Source: Minisyncoccia bacterium
GTDB taxonomy: Bacteria; Patescibacteriota; Minisyncoccia; Phycocordibacterales; CAIZLB01
Reading direction: 5' to 3'
DNA length: 64,000 nt
NCBI GenBank assembly: GCA_041752275.1
Contig: JBGSHK010000012.1
Location: 18,346 to 82,345, forward strand
The notes beneath the pieces were generated by a model. It was not told the origin of the DNA. It did not search any database and saw nothing but the letters and a program-made list of their open reading frames with translations. The first letter of the stretch is position 1. Each line of letters opens with the position of its first letter. This document shows positions 21,824 through 31,274 of the stretch, piece by piece. Made by a program: the position numbers and the translations under genes.

Positions 21824-23605
21824 ATGTTCACAATGCAAATAAGAAACTTCAGTATTATAGCCCATATAGACCATGGTAAATCAACACTTGCTGATCGTAT
21901 GCTTGAGCTTACTCAAACTGTGGAAAAGAGAAAGATGGTAAATCAGGTACTAGATGACATGGAGCTAGAAAAAGAAAAAGGTATCACTATAAAGATGCGT
22001 CCTGTTCGTATGGAATACAAAGGTTATGTTTTGAACTTGATTGATACACCAGGACACATAGATTTTTCATATGAAGTATCACGTGCACTTAAAGCTGTAG
22101 AAGGGTGTTTACTTTTAGTTGATGCAACTCAAGGTGTACAAGCACAAACACTTACAACTTTGAACGCTGCCAAGGAGGCAGGGCTAGTTATTATTCCAGT
22201 ATTATCAAAATCAGATTCACCTCTGGCCCGTATTGCTGATATAAAAAAAGAAGTATCTATTCTTTTAGGATGTGACGAAAGTAGTATACTTGAAAGTTCT
22301 GGAAAAACTGGGGCCGGTGTGAAAGAATTGTTGGACGCAATTATAGAAATTATTCCACCGTCAAAATCTGAATCTGAGACTAAAGATCCAAGAGGTTTGA
22401 TTTTCGATTTTCAATATTCAAATCACAAAGGTGTTATTGTCTTTATTCGTGTTATGGATGGAGAGATTAGGAAAGGTGATGAACTCGTATTTGCTCAAGC
22501 TGATGAAAAGTTTTTTGTACTAGAGGTTGGAATATTTGCACCTGAAGAGCGACCAGTCGACGTACTTACTGCAGGGTGTATTGGATATATTGTAACTGGT
22601 ATCAAACGCTCAGGTATTGCAACTGTTGGAGACACTATAACAGGGTTTAGACGACCTTTACCTGCTCTTCCTGGGTATATGAAGCCCGCACCTGTGGTAT
22701 GGGCATCTATTTTCCCTGAGGATGCAGATGATTTTGAGTTGTTAAAACAGTCACTTGGTAAGTTGTCTTTATCTGACTCGTCGTATTCTTATGAAGAGGA
22801 ATCTTCAGGAACTATGGGTAGGGGGTTCAGATGTGGTTTTTTAGGACTTTTACACTTAGAAATTATTACAGAAAGATTGAAAAGAGAATACAATCTATCA
22901 CTTATCATAGCGAGCCCAAGTATTACATATGAGGTAATTTTAAAAAATGGGGAAGTGAAAATGGTTTATTCACCATCGCTATTTCCAGAACATGGATTTT
23001 ATACAAAAGTTCGTGAACCTTGGATTATGGTAAAGATTATTTCACCATCAAAATATTCTGGAAATATTTATCAACTTTTATATGATCATGAAGGGGATTT
23101 GATAGAAACTGAAAACTTCGGAGACGATAGATTGTCACTTACTATATTGATGCCTTTGCGAGAGTTGATGAGAAACTTTTTTGACGAATTGAAAAGTGTA
23201 ACTTCAGGTTACGGTTCTTTGTCATATGAGTTTTTTGAAATGAAAGATGCAGATGTGACAAGGATGGATGTTCTGGTTGCTGAAGAGGTGATTGAGGCAT
23301 TTACAAGAGTTGTGGCACAAAGAAGATTGGATGAAGAAGCAACAAAGTCTGTTGAAAAACTAGAAGGTGTTTTACCTAAACAAATGTTCACCACAAAGAT
23401 ACAGGCAAAGGCTAATGGAAGGATAATAGCATCTCGTACTTTATCAGCTATGAGAAAAGATGTTACCGGGTATTTGTACGGTGGAGATATAACTCGAAAA
23501 ATGAAGCTTTTAGATAAACAAAAGAAAGGAAAGAAGAAAATGGCGGAAAGGGGGAAGGTGTCTATCTCGCATGAAGTTTTTTTGAAAATGATGAAGAATG
23601 GGTAA
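21824..23605 (+). CDS. lepA: Elongation factor 4 (LepA)
   Basis: IRNFSIIAHIDHGKSTLADR, GFRCGFLGLLHLEI, RKDVTGYLYGGDITRKMKLL. Confidence 0.98.
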   Translation: MFTMQIRNFSIIAHIDHGKSTLADRMLELTQTVEKRKMVNQVLDDMELEKEKGITIKMRPVRMEYKGYVLNLIDTPGHIDFSYEVSRALKAVEGCLLLVDATQGVQAQTLTTLNAAKEAGLVIIPVLSKSDSPLARIADIKKEVSILLGCDESSILESSGKTGAGVKELLDAIIEIIPPSKSESETKDPRGLIFDFQYSNHKGVIVFIRVMDGEIRKGDELVFAQADEKFFVLEVGIFAPEERPVDVLTAGCIGYIVTGIKRSGIATVGDTITGFRRPLPALPGYMKPAPVVWASIFPEDADDFELLKQSLGKLSLSDSSYSYEEESSGTMGRGFRCGFLGLLHLEIITERLKREYNLSLIIASPSITYEVILKNGEVKMVYSPSLFPEHGFYTKVREPWIMVKIISPSKYSGNIYQLLYDHEGDLIETENFGDDRLSLTILMPLRELMRNFFDELKSVTSGYGSLSYEFFEMKDADVTRMDVLVAEEVIEAFTRVVAQRRLDEEATKSVEKLEGVLPKQMFTTKIQAKANGRIIASRTLSAMRKDVTGYLYGGDITRKMKLLDKQKKGKKKMAERGKVSISHEVFLKMMKNG

Positions 23606-23708
23606 TTGTTGACACCAGAGTTTTAGAGGTATATAAATTAAGAGTAAAAGCACTTTGTCAAAATGACTGAGGGCTTTTATATCAAAACTACACACCCTTA
23701 TTACTACA

Positions 23709-24014
23709 ATGGCTACATGTTCACCAGGTAATCAGTTTCCACCACCTATCAACTTGGTATTTTTAAAAAACCCATCACCTTGTTTACTCAAAGTGTTAGG
23801 TAAAACAAAAGAAGACTGTTCTCCTGACCTATTTGGTAGAGACATTCAATGGTTAGAGCTTCCTGCCCTTCCTGACGGTATCGAAATCTACTACGGACTA
23901 GAAGAAACTTATTTTGTTGGGGAAATAGAAGATGAAGATCCTTCTGTTGAAGTTCCAGCTATACCGGAGAAACATTTGTCTCCAAAAGCACCTTTGTCGA
24001 AAGCTATAGCATAA
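23709..24014 (+). CDS. Hypothetical protein
   Basis: 101-aa ORF followed by a strong terminator. Confidence 0.5.
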   Translation: MATCSPGNQFPPPINLVFLKNPSPCLLKVLGKTKEDCSPDLFGRDIQWLELPALPDGIEIYYGLEETYFVGEIEDEDPSVEVPAIPEKHLSPKAPLSKAIA

Positions 24015-24038
24015 GCTTGGCTACTAAAACTATTCTAC

Positions 24039-24078
24039 ACCCTGGGTGCTATATAATATGCACCCAGGGTTGTTTTTT
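24039..24078 (+). terminator. Intrinsic terminator
   Basis: accctgggtgc / gcacccagggt 11-bp stem plus T-tract. Confidence 0.75.
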
Positions 24079-24142
24079 ATAAAGAAAATACACTGACTTA
24101 GATATGCCAATTCATTGTATTAATGTTTTTTATATAAATAGT

Positions 24143-24253
24143 CTATACAAACAACATAGCTATATATGACCCCAACATAGCTATGATTATCAATGCTACA
24201 ACAATGCCCCATATAAAATTAAGTTTTTGACGATGCTTTGGATTTAGAAACAT
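24143..24253 (-). CDS. Small 36-aa single-pass membrane peptide (not in the ORF track)
   Basis: Manual translation MFLNPKHRQKLNFIWGIVVALIIIAMLGSYIAMLFV*; basic N-terminus plus one TM helix. Confidence 0.6.
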   Translation of the reverse strand: MFLNPKHRQKLNFIWGIVVALIIIAMLGSYIAMLFV

Positions 24254-24272
24254 GATATAAATATAGCAGTAA

Positions 24273-24593
24273 ATGAGAGAATTTCAAGCTAAAAAAAAAG
24301 AACAAGCAACTTTCAATAGGATTTTAAATTCTAAATGGTTTTTATTAATATTATGTTTAATACTTATTCTTTTAATAAAAGGTAATATAAGAATTTTTCA
24401 AAATTATTTTTATGTTAAAAAAGAATATAAAAAAGATTTGAAATCTTATCAAGATTTAAAAAATAGAGAAATAGAAATAACTAAAGATTTAGAAAGAATA
24501 AATACAGATTCCGGTTTAGATTACGAGATACGTAAAAAACTTGACGTTTCAAAAGAAGATGAGAAAATAATAAAAATAATAGATAATAGATAA
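24273..24593 (+). CDS. Septum formation initiator (FtsB/DivIC-like)
   Basis: TM helix plus coiled coil plus C-terminal EIRKKLDVSKEDEKII pattern. Confidence 0.7.
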   Translation: MREFQAKKKEQATFNRILNSKWFLLILCLILILLIKGNIRIFQNYFYVKKEYKKDLKSYQDLKNREIEITKDLERINTDSGLDYEIRKKLDVSKEDEKIIKIIDNR

Positions 24594-24614
24594 ATACATG
24601 ATATAATCACAGGT

Positions 24615-24875
24615 ATGGAAACAAACACAAATGAACAAAAAAATAAAATAATAATTTACAGTACTGAAAATTGTAAATTTTGCCACATGTTAAAAGATTA
24701 TTTAACAGAAAAAGGTTTTACATATGAAAGCATAGATATAGGTAAAGACTTTGCTCAGGCTGACATAGCAAAACAAAAAAGTGGTCAACTTGGAGTTCCT
24801 GTTAGTGATATAGATGGACATATAGTTGTTGGATATGATTTGGAAGCTATAGATAGTTTATTAAATATAAAATAA
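24615..24875 (+). CDS. Glutaredoxin/NrdH-like protein
   Basis: YSTENCKFC, SGQLGVPV..IDG..VVGYD. Confidence 0.9.
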   Translation: METNTNEQKNKIIIYSTENCKFCHMLKDYLTEKGFTYESIDIGKDFAQADIAKQKSGQLGVPVSDIDGHIVVGYDLEAIDSLLNIK

Positions 24876-24889
24876 TTAAATATAATAAA

Positions 24890-25420
24890 ATGGAAGAAAC
24901 AAAACATAACAAAAAAATAACTTATATAATGATAATAGTTGCTATAGCTTTATTTGGCTATATTGCATATGCTGTTATAGAAAATAATAAAAATAAAGAT
25001 AAAAATATGGAAAATACAGACACAACAATGACAACTGAATCAAAAATATCAGAATCTGGTGATATTATAGTTATAAACTATTCAGGAAAATTAGAAAATG
25101 GAACAGAGTTTGATTCATCATATAAAAGAGGTCAACCACTTGTATTTCAAGTTGGTGTAGGAGAGGTTATACCTGGATGGGATGAAGGTCTTATTGGTGT
25201 AAAAAAAGGAGATAAAAAAACTTTAAATATACCTGCTGAAAAAGGATATGGTGATCAAGAGATAAAAAACCCACAAACAGGAGAAGTTATAATACCTAAA
25301 AACTCTACACTTATATTCGATGTAGAAGTTGTTGAAGTTATAGCTAAAGCAGATGCGGAGCGTATGGTTGCTGAGCAACAAGCTATGCAAGCAGCACAGG
25401 GAACAAGTACTGCTCAATAG
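24890..25420 (+). CDS. FKBP-type peptidyl-prolyl isomerase, membrane-anchored
   Basis: YSGKLENGTEFDSS, VIPGWDEG, IPKNSTLIFDVE. Confidence 0.95.
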   Translation: MEETKHNKKITYIMIIVAIALFGYIAYAVIENNKNKDKNMENTDTTMTTESKISESGDIIVINYSGKLENGTEFDSSYKRGQPLVFQVGVGEVIPGWDEGLIGVKKGDKKTLNIPAEKGYGDQEIKNPQTGEVIIPKNSTLIFDVEVVEVIAKADAERMVAEQQAMQAAQGTSTAQ

Positions 25421-25446
25421 TCCTTATACTGGCTTTATTGTCAGTT

Positions 25447-25521
25447 GCCATTATAGTTCAATGGATAGAACAGTCCCGTCCTAAGGGGTAGATGTGGGTT
25501 CGATTCCTGCTAGTGGCACCA
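25447..25521 (+). tRNA. tRNA-Arg(CCT)
   Basis: GCCATTA/TAGTGGC acceptor stem plus ACCA, anticodon loop gtCCTaa, GTTCGATTC T-loop. Confidence 0.93.
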
Positions 25522-25685
25522 CAAGGGCACTTCTATTTTGATAAATCAAAATATGTCGCACAATGAAAAAACATATCGCAAGATATGTTTTTTTTGTGTC
25601 TGCTAAGCAAGCTGACAGTTTGGCTTGCGGGCTGGAATCTAAATATTTACACTTAAATATAATTAATATATAATATTATTTATAT

Positions 25686-26159
25686 ATGAAAAAACTACAC
25701 CCAAATTCTGTATGGATATTTTTCACCAAAGGTTTTGTTGGATTTATGTTTGGAATTATTTTTATACTTGCCTCTACCGGCGGTATGATGGGTTATTTAG
25801 TAAATGAAAACACATCTTTGTTTTACTTACTATTAACTGCTATATTAACTTCTACTGTTTTTGCTTTTATATATGCTCAGTTAAGCTATGAAAATTATGA
25901 ATATAAAATTGATGATGATGGTTTTAAAAAAGAATCAGGAATCATTTGGAAAAATTATGTAACAATTCCTTATAATAAGATACAAAATGTAGATATTTTT
26001 AGAGGTATTGTTGCTCGAAGTGTTGGTGTTTCTGAATTACGTATACACACAGCAGGTTATTCTGATGATAGAAGATCAGAAGGTGTACTTCCTGGAATTT
26101 CAATTGAAGAAGCTAATTATTTGAGAGATGAGCTTGTTAAAAAAATGAAAGGGGTGTAG
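25686..26159 (+). CDS. Bacterial PH domain (bPH_2/YdbS-like) membrane protein
   Basis: Two TM helices then G..WK..VTIPYNKIQNVDI.RG...R..G...LRIHTAG. Confidence 0.85.
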   Translation: MKKLHPNSVWIFFTKGFVGFMFGIIFILASTGGMMGYLVNENTSLFYLLLTAILTSTVFAFIYAQLSYENYEYKIDDDGFKKESGIIWKNYVTIPYNKIQNVDIFRGIVARSVGVSELRIHTAGYSDDRRSEGVLPGISIEEANYLRDELVKKMKGV

Positions 26160-26240
26160 TAATTTTTGTAGAACATAAATTGTTAATTAATATTCATTAA
26201 ATTTGTTTCTAGAATTTTATTAATATGCTAACATAACCCC

Positions 26241-27101
26241 ATGCATAAAGACCTAGAATACACCCTCATAGACACAGGAGACAAACGTAAACTTGAATCA
26301 TACAACGGCTACACCATGGACCGTCCTGATCCTCAAGCTCTATGGCCTAAAAAACTCACTAAAGAATGGGACAAACCCGATGCTATTTTCATTGAGGATA
26401 AAAGTGGAAAAAGGGAGGAAAGAGGAATATGGAAAACAAATAAAGATTTACCTGAAGATTTTTCAATAAATTTTTTCAAAGATTTAAGATGTTCTGTAAA
26501 GTTAAATCCATTTAAGCACACTGGTATATTTCCAGAGCAATATGATAACTGGAAATTTATCGACGAAACTATTTCACAATCTAAAAATAAAAACATAAAA
26601 GTCCTAAACCTTTTTGGCTACACAGGCTGTGCTTCACTTGTTGCAGCAAACGCTGGAGCAGAGGTAACTCATGTTGATGCGTCAAAACCATCTATTGGTG
26701 CAGGTATGAAAAACGCAGAACTATCTGGACTTAAAGATAAACCTATCAGATGGATACTTGATGATGCTTTTGCTTTTGTAAAAAAAGAGTTGAGACGTGG
26801 AAACGTATATCAAGGTATTATCATGGATCCACCAGCCTTTGGTAGAGGCTCTGCAGGGCAGGTATGGAAGTTGGAAGAGCAGTTTGTGGACTTTGTACAA
26901 GAGACTGCAAAGTTACTGTCAGACGATGCAATGTTTTTCATTGTAAACGGTTATGCTAGCGGATATTCGCACATTGCCTATAAGCAAAATCTAGATGCTA
27001 TTTTTAGTAAAGGAAAGGTTGAGAGTAAGGAGTTGACTCTAGAAGACTCTACTGGAAAATTATTGCCTTGCGGTATTGTTGCTAGATGGAAGAGTAAATA
27101 A
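26241..27101 (+). CDS. Class I SAM-dependent methyltransferase (RlmI/RlmK-like)
   Basis: HTGIFPEQ, VLNLFGYTG, VTHVDAS, IMDPPAFGRG. Confidence 0.88.
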   Translation: MHKDLEYTLIDTGDKRKLESYNGYTMDRPDPQALWPKKLTKEWDKPDAIFIEDKSGKREERGIWKTNKDLPEDFSINFFKDLRCSVKLNPFKHTGIFPEQYDNWKFIDETISQSKNKNIKVLNLFGYTGCASLVAANAGAEVTHVDASKPSIGAGMKNAELSGLKDKPIRWILDDAFAFVKKELRRGNVYQGIIMDPPAFGRGSAGQVWKLEEQFVDFVQETAKLLSDDAMFFIVNGYASGYSHIAYKQNLDAIFSKGKVESKELTLEDSTGKLLPCGIVARWKSK

Positions 27102-28020
27102 TTTTTTCTATATCTTTTTCAAAACCCTCACCCTTAGTATCAAACCAAACTATTTTATCCTTCAACTCTTTATTGTTTTTAAACCAAGTCTTTTGTCGTT
27201 TTGCATAATGAATGATTGCAAAATATAGTTTTTCTTTAAACTCGTCCATACTCAATATACCTGTCAAATAGTCCGATATAAACTTGTATTCAAGACCAAG
27301 TTTTTGTAGGCGTTCATGGGTAATTTTATTTTCTTTTAAAAGATTTTCTACTTCTTGCATCATCCCTTGATCTAACCTTTTATCTATTCTCGTCTGTATT
27401 CTTTTTTGTAATATTTCATAGTCTGTGTTTAGTCCGATAATTATATTTTCATATTTATTATTGATTTTTATTTCTGGAATATGTCCGAGCTCTGTGATTA
27501 TTTCTATAGCTCTAATAACTCGTCTTTTATTTTTTATATCTATCTTTGAAATATCAGCATTGTTCTTATTGGCGAGATTTTTTAATTCATTTTGTAAATT
27601 TTCTAAACTCTCAAGCTCTAACTTTTCTCGAAGCTCTGGATTTTGTTTAGCACCTGCACCTGCAGTTTCAAAAAGTAAGGCATTTATATATTGTCCTGTA
27701 CCACCGCATATTATTGGAATTATGTTTTTTGATAACAATTCCTCGATAACTTTGTTTGCATCTTCTGTATATTGAAAAACTGAGTAGTTTTGATCTGGGT
27801 TTATGATGTCGAACATGTGATGAGGTACACCTTTCATTTCCTCTTTTGTGATCTTTCCTGTACCTAAGTCTAGGTGTTTATATATTTGTCTTGAGTCGGC
27901 GGATATTATTTCGGAGTTTAGATTATGTTCTTTTTTTAGATATAGAGAAATAGATACAGCTAGGTCTGATTTGCCGATGGCTGTTGGTCCGAGTATGGTG
28001 ATGATTTTGGGTTTAGACAT
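27082..28020 (-). CDS. miaA: tRNA dimethylallyltransferase
   Basis: GPTAIGKS, ISADSRQIY, GGTGQY, RRVIRAIE, YAKRQKTWF. Confidence 0.97.
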   Translation of the reverse strand: MSKPKIITILGPTAIGKSDLAVSISLYLKKEHNLNSEIISADSRQIYKHLDLGTGKITKEEMKGVPHHMFDIINPDQNYSVFQYTEDANKVIEELLSKNIIPIICGGTGQYINALLFETAGAGAKQNPELREKLELESLENLQNELKNLANKNNADISKIDIKNKRRVIRAIEIITELGHIPEIKINNKYENIIIGLNTDYEILQKRIQTRIDKRLDQGMMQEVENLLKENKITHERLQKLGLEYKFISDYLTGILSMDEFKEKLYFAIIHYAKRQKTWFKNNKELKDKIVWFDTKGEGFEKDIEKIIYSSI

Positions 28021-28196
28021 GTGATTAATTATATACTAAGGACTTGAAGCTTACAGCTTCAGTACAGGTTTTCCATTTTCTCACATTTCTCACAGCAAGG
28101 CTGCTCGAAAATATGGAAGAACCTTTTCAATTCCTCAAGAAACTGCCGTCAGGCAGTTTCTTCCCATCACTAGAAAACCCCTAATGGGGTTTTCTT

Positions 28197-28281
28197 TGGT
28201 GCTGGGAGAGGGACTTGAACCCTCACTAGGTTGCCCTGCACGATTTTGAGTCGTGTGCGTCTACCATTCCGCCATCCCAGC
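28197..28281 (-). tRNA. tRNA-Leu(CAA)
   Basis: GCTGGGA/TCCCAGC plus ACCA, anticodon arm cacga-ctCAAaa-tcgtg, long variable arm. Confidence 0.95.
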
Positions 28282-28302
28282 CTATGTGTTATACTATAAT
28301 AC

Positions 28303-28941
28303 ATGAAAAAAATGATAATAACAATAACATTATTCGTCCTTGTAGTCTTAGCTGTTCTTCTGTATAGAAACATGTCAGATAGTACTTTTAAAGATGTTGC
28401 CAACGAAACTAACACAGCTGTTATAGTTAAAAGTTTTTTAGATAAAATGATACCTCATCATCAAGAAGCGGTTGATTCATCTCTAAAAGTTATGAATGAT
28501 TTAGATATAACAGAAGCTAAAGTTAGAATATTTGCAGCAAATGTTGTAGATACTCAATCTTTTGAAATATCAAAAATGGAAAATATATACACAGAGTATT
28601 TAGGTCAATCATATGCTCAAACTATAACTATGGATGTAGACACTAAAGATGGTTCTACAACAGAGTATCACGCTATGATGAATGATATGTCAGCTCTTGT
28701 TGGTGACGAGTTGGCCAAAGTTTATGCAAAAGATATGATAAAGCATCATGAAGGTGCTGTTCGGATGGCGGAAGATTATATAGAAGTTATAGATAAAGTT
28801 AATAAATCAAATTCGACAAAATCTGAAGGTTTAGTTATAACAAACACTCATCCTTCTATAGATGCAACATATGAGCTTGCAAAACAAATCATAGATACAC
28901 AAACAAAAGAGATTGAACTTTTAAAGACTTGGTATAAATAA
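28303..28941 (+). CDS. DUF305 family protein
   Basis: MIPHHQEAV and MIKHHEGAVRMA motifs, Q..EI..L. Confidence 0.85.
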   Translation: MKKMIITITLFVLVVLAVLLYRNMSDSTFKDVANETNTAVIVKSFLDKMIPHHQEAVDSSLKVMNDLDITEAKVRIFAANVVDTQSFEISKMENIYTEYLGQSYAQTITMDVDTKDGSTTEYHAMMNDMSALVGDELAKVYAKDMIKHHEGAVRMAEDYIEVIDKVNKSNSTKSEGLVITNTHPSIDATYELAKQIIDTQTKEIELLKTWYK

Positions 28942-29037
28942 AAGTATAAGTTTTTAAATATTTGGTTAAGATTAAGCAAAATAACTTTATTTGACAAAAT
29001 CTTTTACATATAATGTAATCCATGCTATACTCTTTGT

Positions 29038-29361
29038 ATGAAAACAGATAGACCAACTACTATATATAAAACAATATGTGATACATGTCACCAGGCTTGT
29101 GAAGTGCCTTTTAAACCAAACGGTAAAAAGCCGGTGTTTTGTGATGCTTGTTTTAAAAACATGAGAGAGCCTATAGTTGAATCAACTTATGTAAGAAGAA
29201 AAGATAAGACAGTTTTTGATACACCTGATAACTTTGTGGCACCAAGTGGGCTTTCACAGAGTGTGGATACAAATGCGACTATTATGCAATTAAAAAGGGA
29301 ATTGGCTTCTGCAAATGCCAAGCTGGATAAGCTTATTGATATGTTTAGTAAGTTGAAGTAG
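29038..29361 (+). CDS. CxxC-x17-CxxC zinc-ribbon protein with C-terminal coiled coil
   Basis: CDTC...CEVPFKP..KPVFCDACF. Confidence 0.85.
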   Translation: MKTDRPTTIYKTICDTCHQACEVPFKPNGKKPVFCDACFKNMREPIVESTYVRRKDKTVFDTPDNFVAPSGLSQSVDTNATIMQLKRELASANAKLDKLIDMFSKLK

Positions 29362-29413
29362 AGGGTGTGACCCATATAGTGTTTCGCGCTGTGTGTAATG
29401 GTATAATATTAAT

Positions 29414-29782
29414 ATGAAAACAGCGACTCGACTTGATCCACTTTTGTGGGAATCATGTAAAAAAGAAGCATTGCACAAAATGGGAAAGTTTTCAGCGCGT
29501 GCAATGCAATATGCAGTTACATTATATAAAAAACAAGGTGGTAAATATTCTGGCATAAAAAGTCCTAAGAATAGTCTTACTCTTTGGGTCAAAGAAGATT
29601 GGGGATATGTAGGTGAAGAAAAACATAGTAGATATTTACCAAAGAAAGCTAAAGAAAGTTTAACTCGTGGAGAAAAAATAGCTACAGATAGAGCAAAAAA
29701 TGCAGGAACGCTTGCTCATAAACAATGGGTACCTCAACCAAAAAATATTGCAAAGAAGACGGCGAAGTTCAGGTTGAAGTAA
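29414..29782 (+). CDS. Basic hypothetical protein (DUF5872-like)
   Basis: FSARAMQ...YKKQGGKY...SL..W..EDW...RYLPKKA...KQWV pattern; family assignment from memory. Confidence 0.6.
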   Translation: MKTATRLDPLLWESCKKEALHKMGKFSARAMQYAVTLYKKQGGKYSGIKSPKNSLTLWVKEDWGYVGEEKHSRYLPKKAKESLTRGEKIATDRAKNAGTLAHKQWVPQPKNIAKKTAKFRLK

Positions 29783-29845
29783 TAATTAAAAGCTTTTCGA
29801 CTCTCCGTCGCAAGCAAAACTATTTGCTTGCTTGAAATCACCTAC

Positions 29846-29880
29846 AGAAAAAGCTTCACTATTTAAGTGAAGCTTTTTCT
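29846..29880. terminator. Bidirectional terminator-like hairpin
   Basis: agaaaaagcttcact-attta-agtgaagctttttct 15-bp perfect stem. Confidence 0.8.
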
Positions 29881-29984
29881 TACCATGAGCCTTCTCGAGA
29901 TAGAACCCAGCGGTTCCTTACGGTGTAATGTTATTTATAATGATTTTAATATATCATAACGACCTTTCTCGAGCGATATTGGAT

Positions 29985-31271
29985 TTAAATCTTTTTTCTG
30001 CGTTTCTTTATATTATTCCTATCCCTAACCACACCTAATACTTGTTTGTCTATAGCTTGATTATTAATTATTTCCAGCGTTTTCTTAAAATAATTGTTTC
30101 TATTTTTTGTTTTCTTAACTATATCTTTTTTAGGACTCCTCCTAATTGGTTTTATGTTATTCAAAATCTGTTTTCTTGTCTTATTCATTTGCTTACGTTT
30201 CAATTTTTGAATCGTATTTTTTCTCAATAAGATATTTTTCCCATTGAATTCAAATCCAAGGTAGTCTACGTAATTACGGCTTTTTTGTTTATCTAATCCG
30301 TCCGTAACTTTTTCACATATTAAGCCCTCATTTATTTTTTTGAAGTACGATATATAGGATTTACTAGCGTTAATTTCTAGCCTAGATTCATTAATCTTAC
30401 TATTAATAAATAGCGATAAAGCATCTTTCTGGTCGGATCTACAAATGAAAACCAAATCATCACTGTATCTTCTGTAGAAAATATCAGGAAAGAAAGATTT
30501 CATAGCTAGATCAAAATCTATCATATACATATTTGCCAACAAACCACTTATTGGGCTGCCTTGTGGAATACCTATATTTTTTTTATTTTCATAAAGAATA
30601 CCTTTTAAACTATTATAAATTGCATACTTATTGTTCTTTGTCTTTCCTTTTATTTTTTTATCTATAAAATCTGAATATTCGATGTATCTATAGGCAGTCA
30701 GTGACCTAAATACTTTATAAAAAGATTCATCCAACTTTTCGATGTTGCAGATTGTACAAATCATCTTTTTAAGAATAGAGTGGTTTAAATTATCAAAAAA
30801 ACCAGTTATATCTTGGGTTATAATAATACACTCTGATTGAGTTTGTATATAGTCAAAGACTTCTTTTGCAAAGTGAATATTACTTTTGCCTTTGCTTGTG
30901 TCATGAAGTTTAATTTTCCTATACGCTGTTACATTGCTACTTATGTTTAAATCCTCAATGTATTTTTCATATTTTATCTGAAGAATATAGTTATAATAAC
31001 TGTAGATGTGCGCATCGAGATGAGATGCATACATTATTGGCCTTAATTTGGTTGATCGGCGTGTCTCACCATCTTTATCTTTACGAAAACGAATCTGAAT
31101 ATCCTCTCTTTTTATAAATGGTAAAAATTGATGATTTTTCATATCTTCTATGACATGAACCACTCTCTTAAATGTTTCGTCAATACCCAAATCCAAAGCA
31201 TCATCAATGTGCTGATATGTCCTCAGCTTCTTTTCTGGCTTTATTTGGTTTTTCCATTCTTGGTATGTCAT
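29985..31271 (-). CDS. drt2: Antiviral reverse transcriptase, DRT2 (UG2) type
   Basis: YxHxD, FLPFI, KLRPIMYASHLDAHIY, VTAYR, GKSNIHFAKEVF, DITGFFDNLNH, GIPQGSPIS, RRYSDD, YLGF; 428 aa; no maturase/endonuclease domain; structured upstream non-coding region. Confidence 0.88.
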   Translation of the reverse strand: MTYQEWKNQIKPEKKLRTYQHIDDALDLGIDETFKRVVHVIEDMKNHQFLPFIKREDIQIRFRKDKDGETRRSTKLRPIMYASHLDAHIYSYYNYILQIKYEKYIEDLNISSNVTAYRKIKLHDTSKGKSNIHFAKEVFDYIQTQSECIIITQDITGFFDNLNHSILKKMICTICNIEKLDESFYKVFRSLTAYRYIEYSDFIDKKIKGKTKNNKYAIYNSLKGILYENKKNIGIPQGSPISGLLANMYMIDFDLAMKSFFPDIFYRRYSDDLVFICRSDQKDALSLFINSKINESRLEINASKSYISYFKKINEGLICEKVTDGLDKQKSRNYVDYLGFEFNGKNILLRKNTIQKLKRKQMNKTRKQILNNIKPIRRSPKKDIVKKTKNRNNYFKKTLEIINNQAIDKQVLGVVRDRNNIKKRRKKI

Positions 31272-31274
31272 ATA

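Noticed and set aside
28170-28415. 81-aa minus-strand ORF
   Set aside because: Runs through tRNA-Leu and is antisense to the DUF305 gene
29985-31271. RT as retron, group II intron or DGR
   Set aside because: No retron VTG motif, no maturase/endonuclease domain or intron domain V seen, no TR/VR repeat pair or avd-like gene; N-terminal motifs fit DRT2
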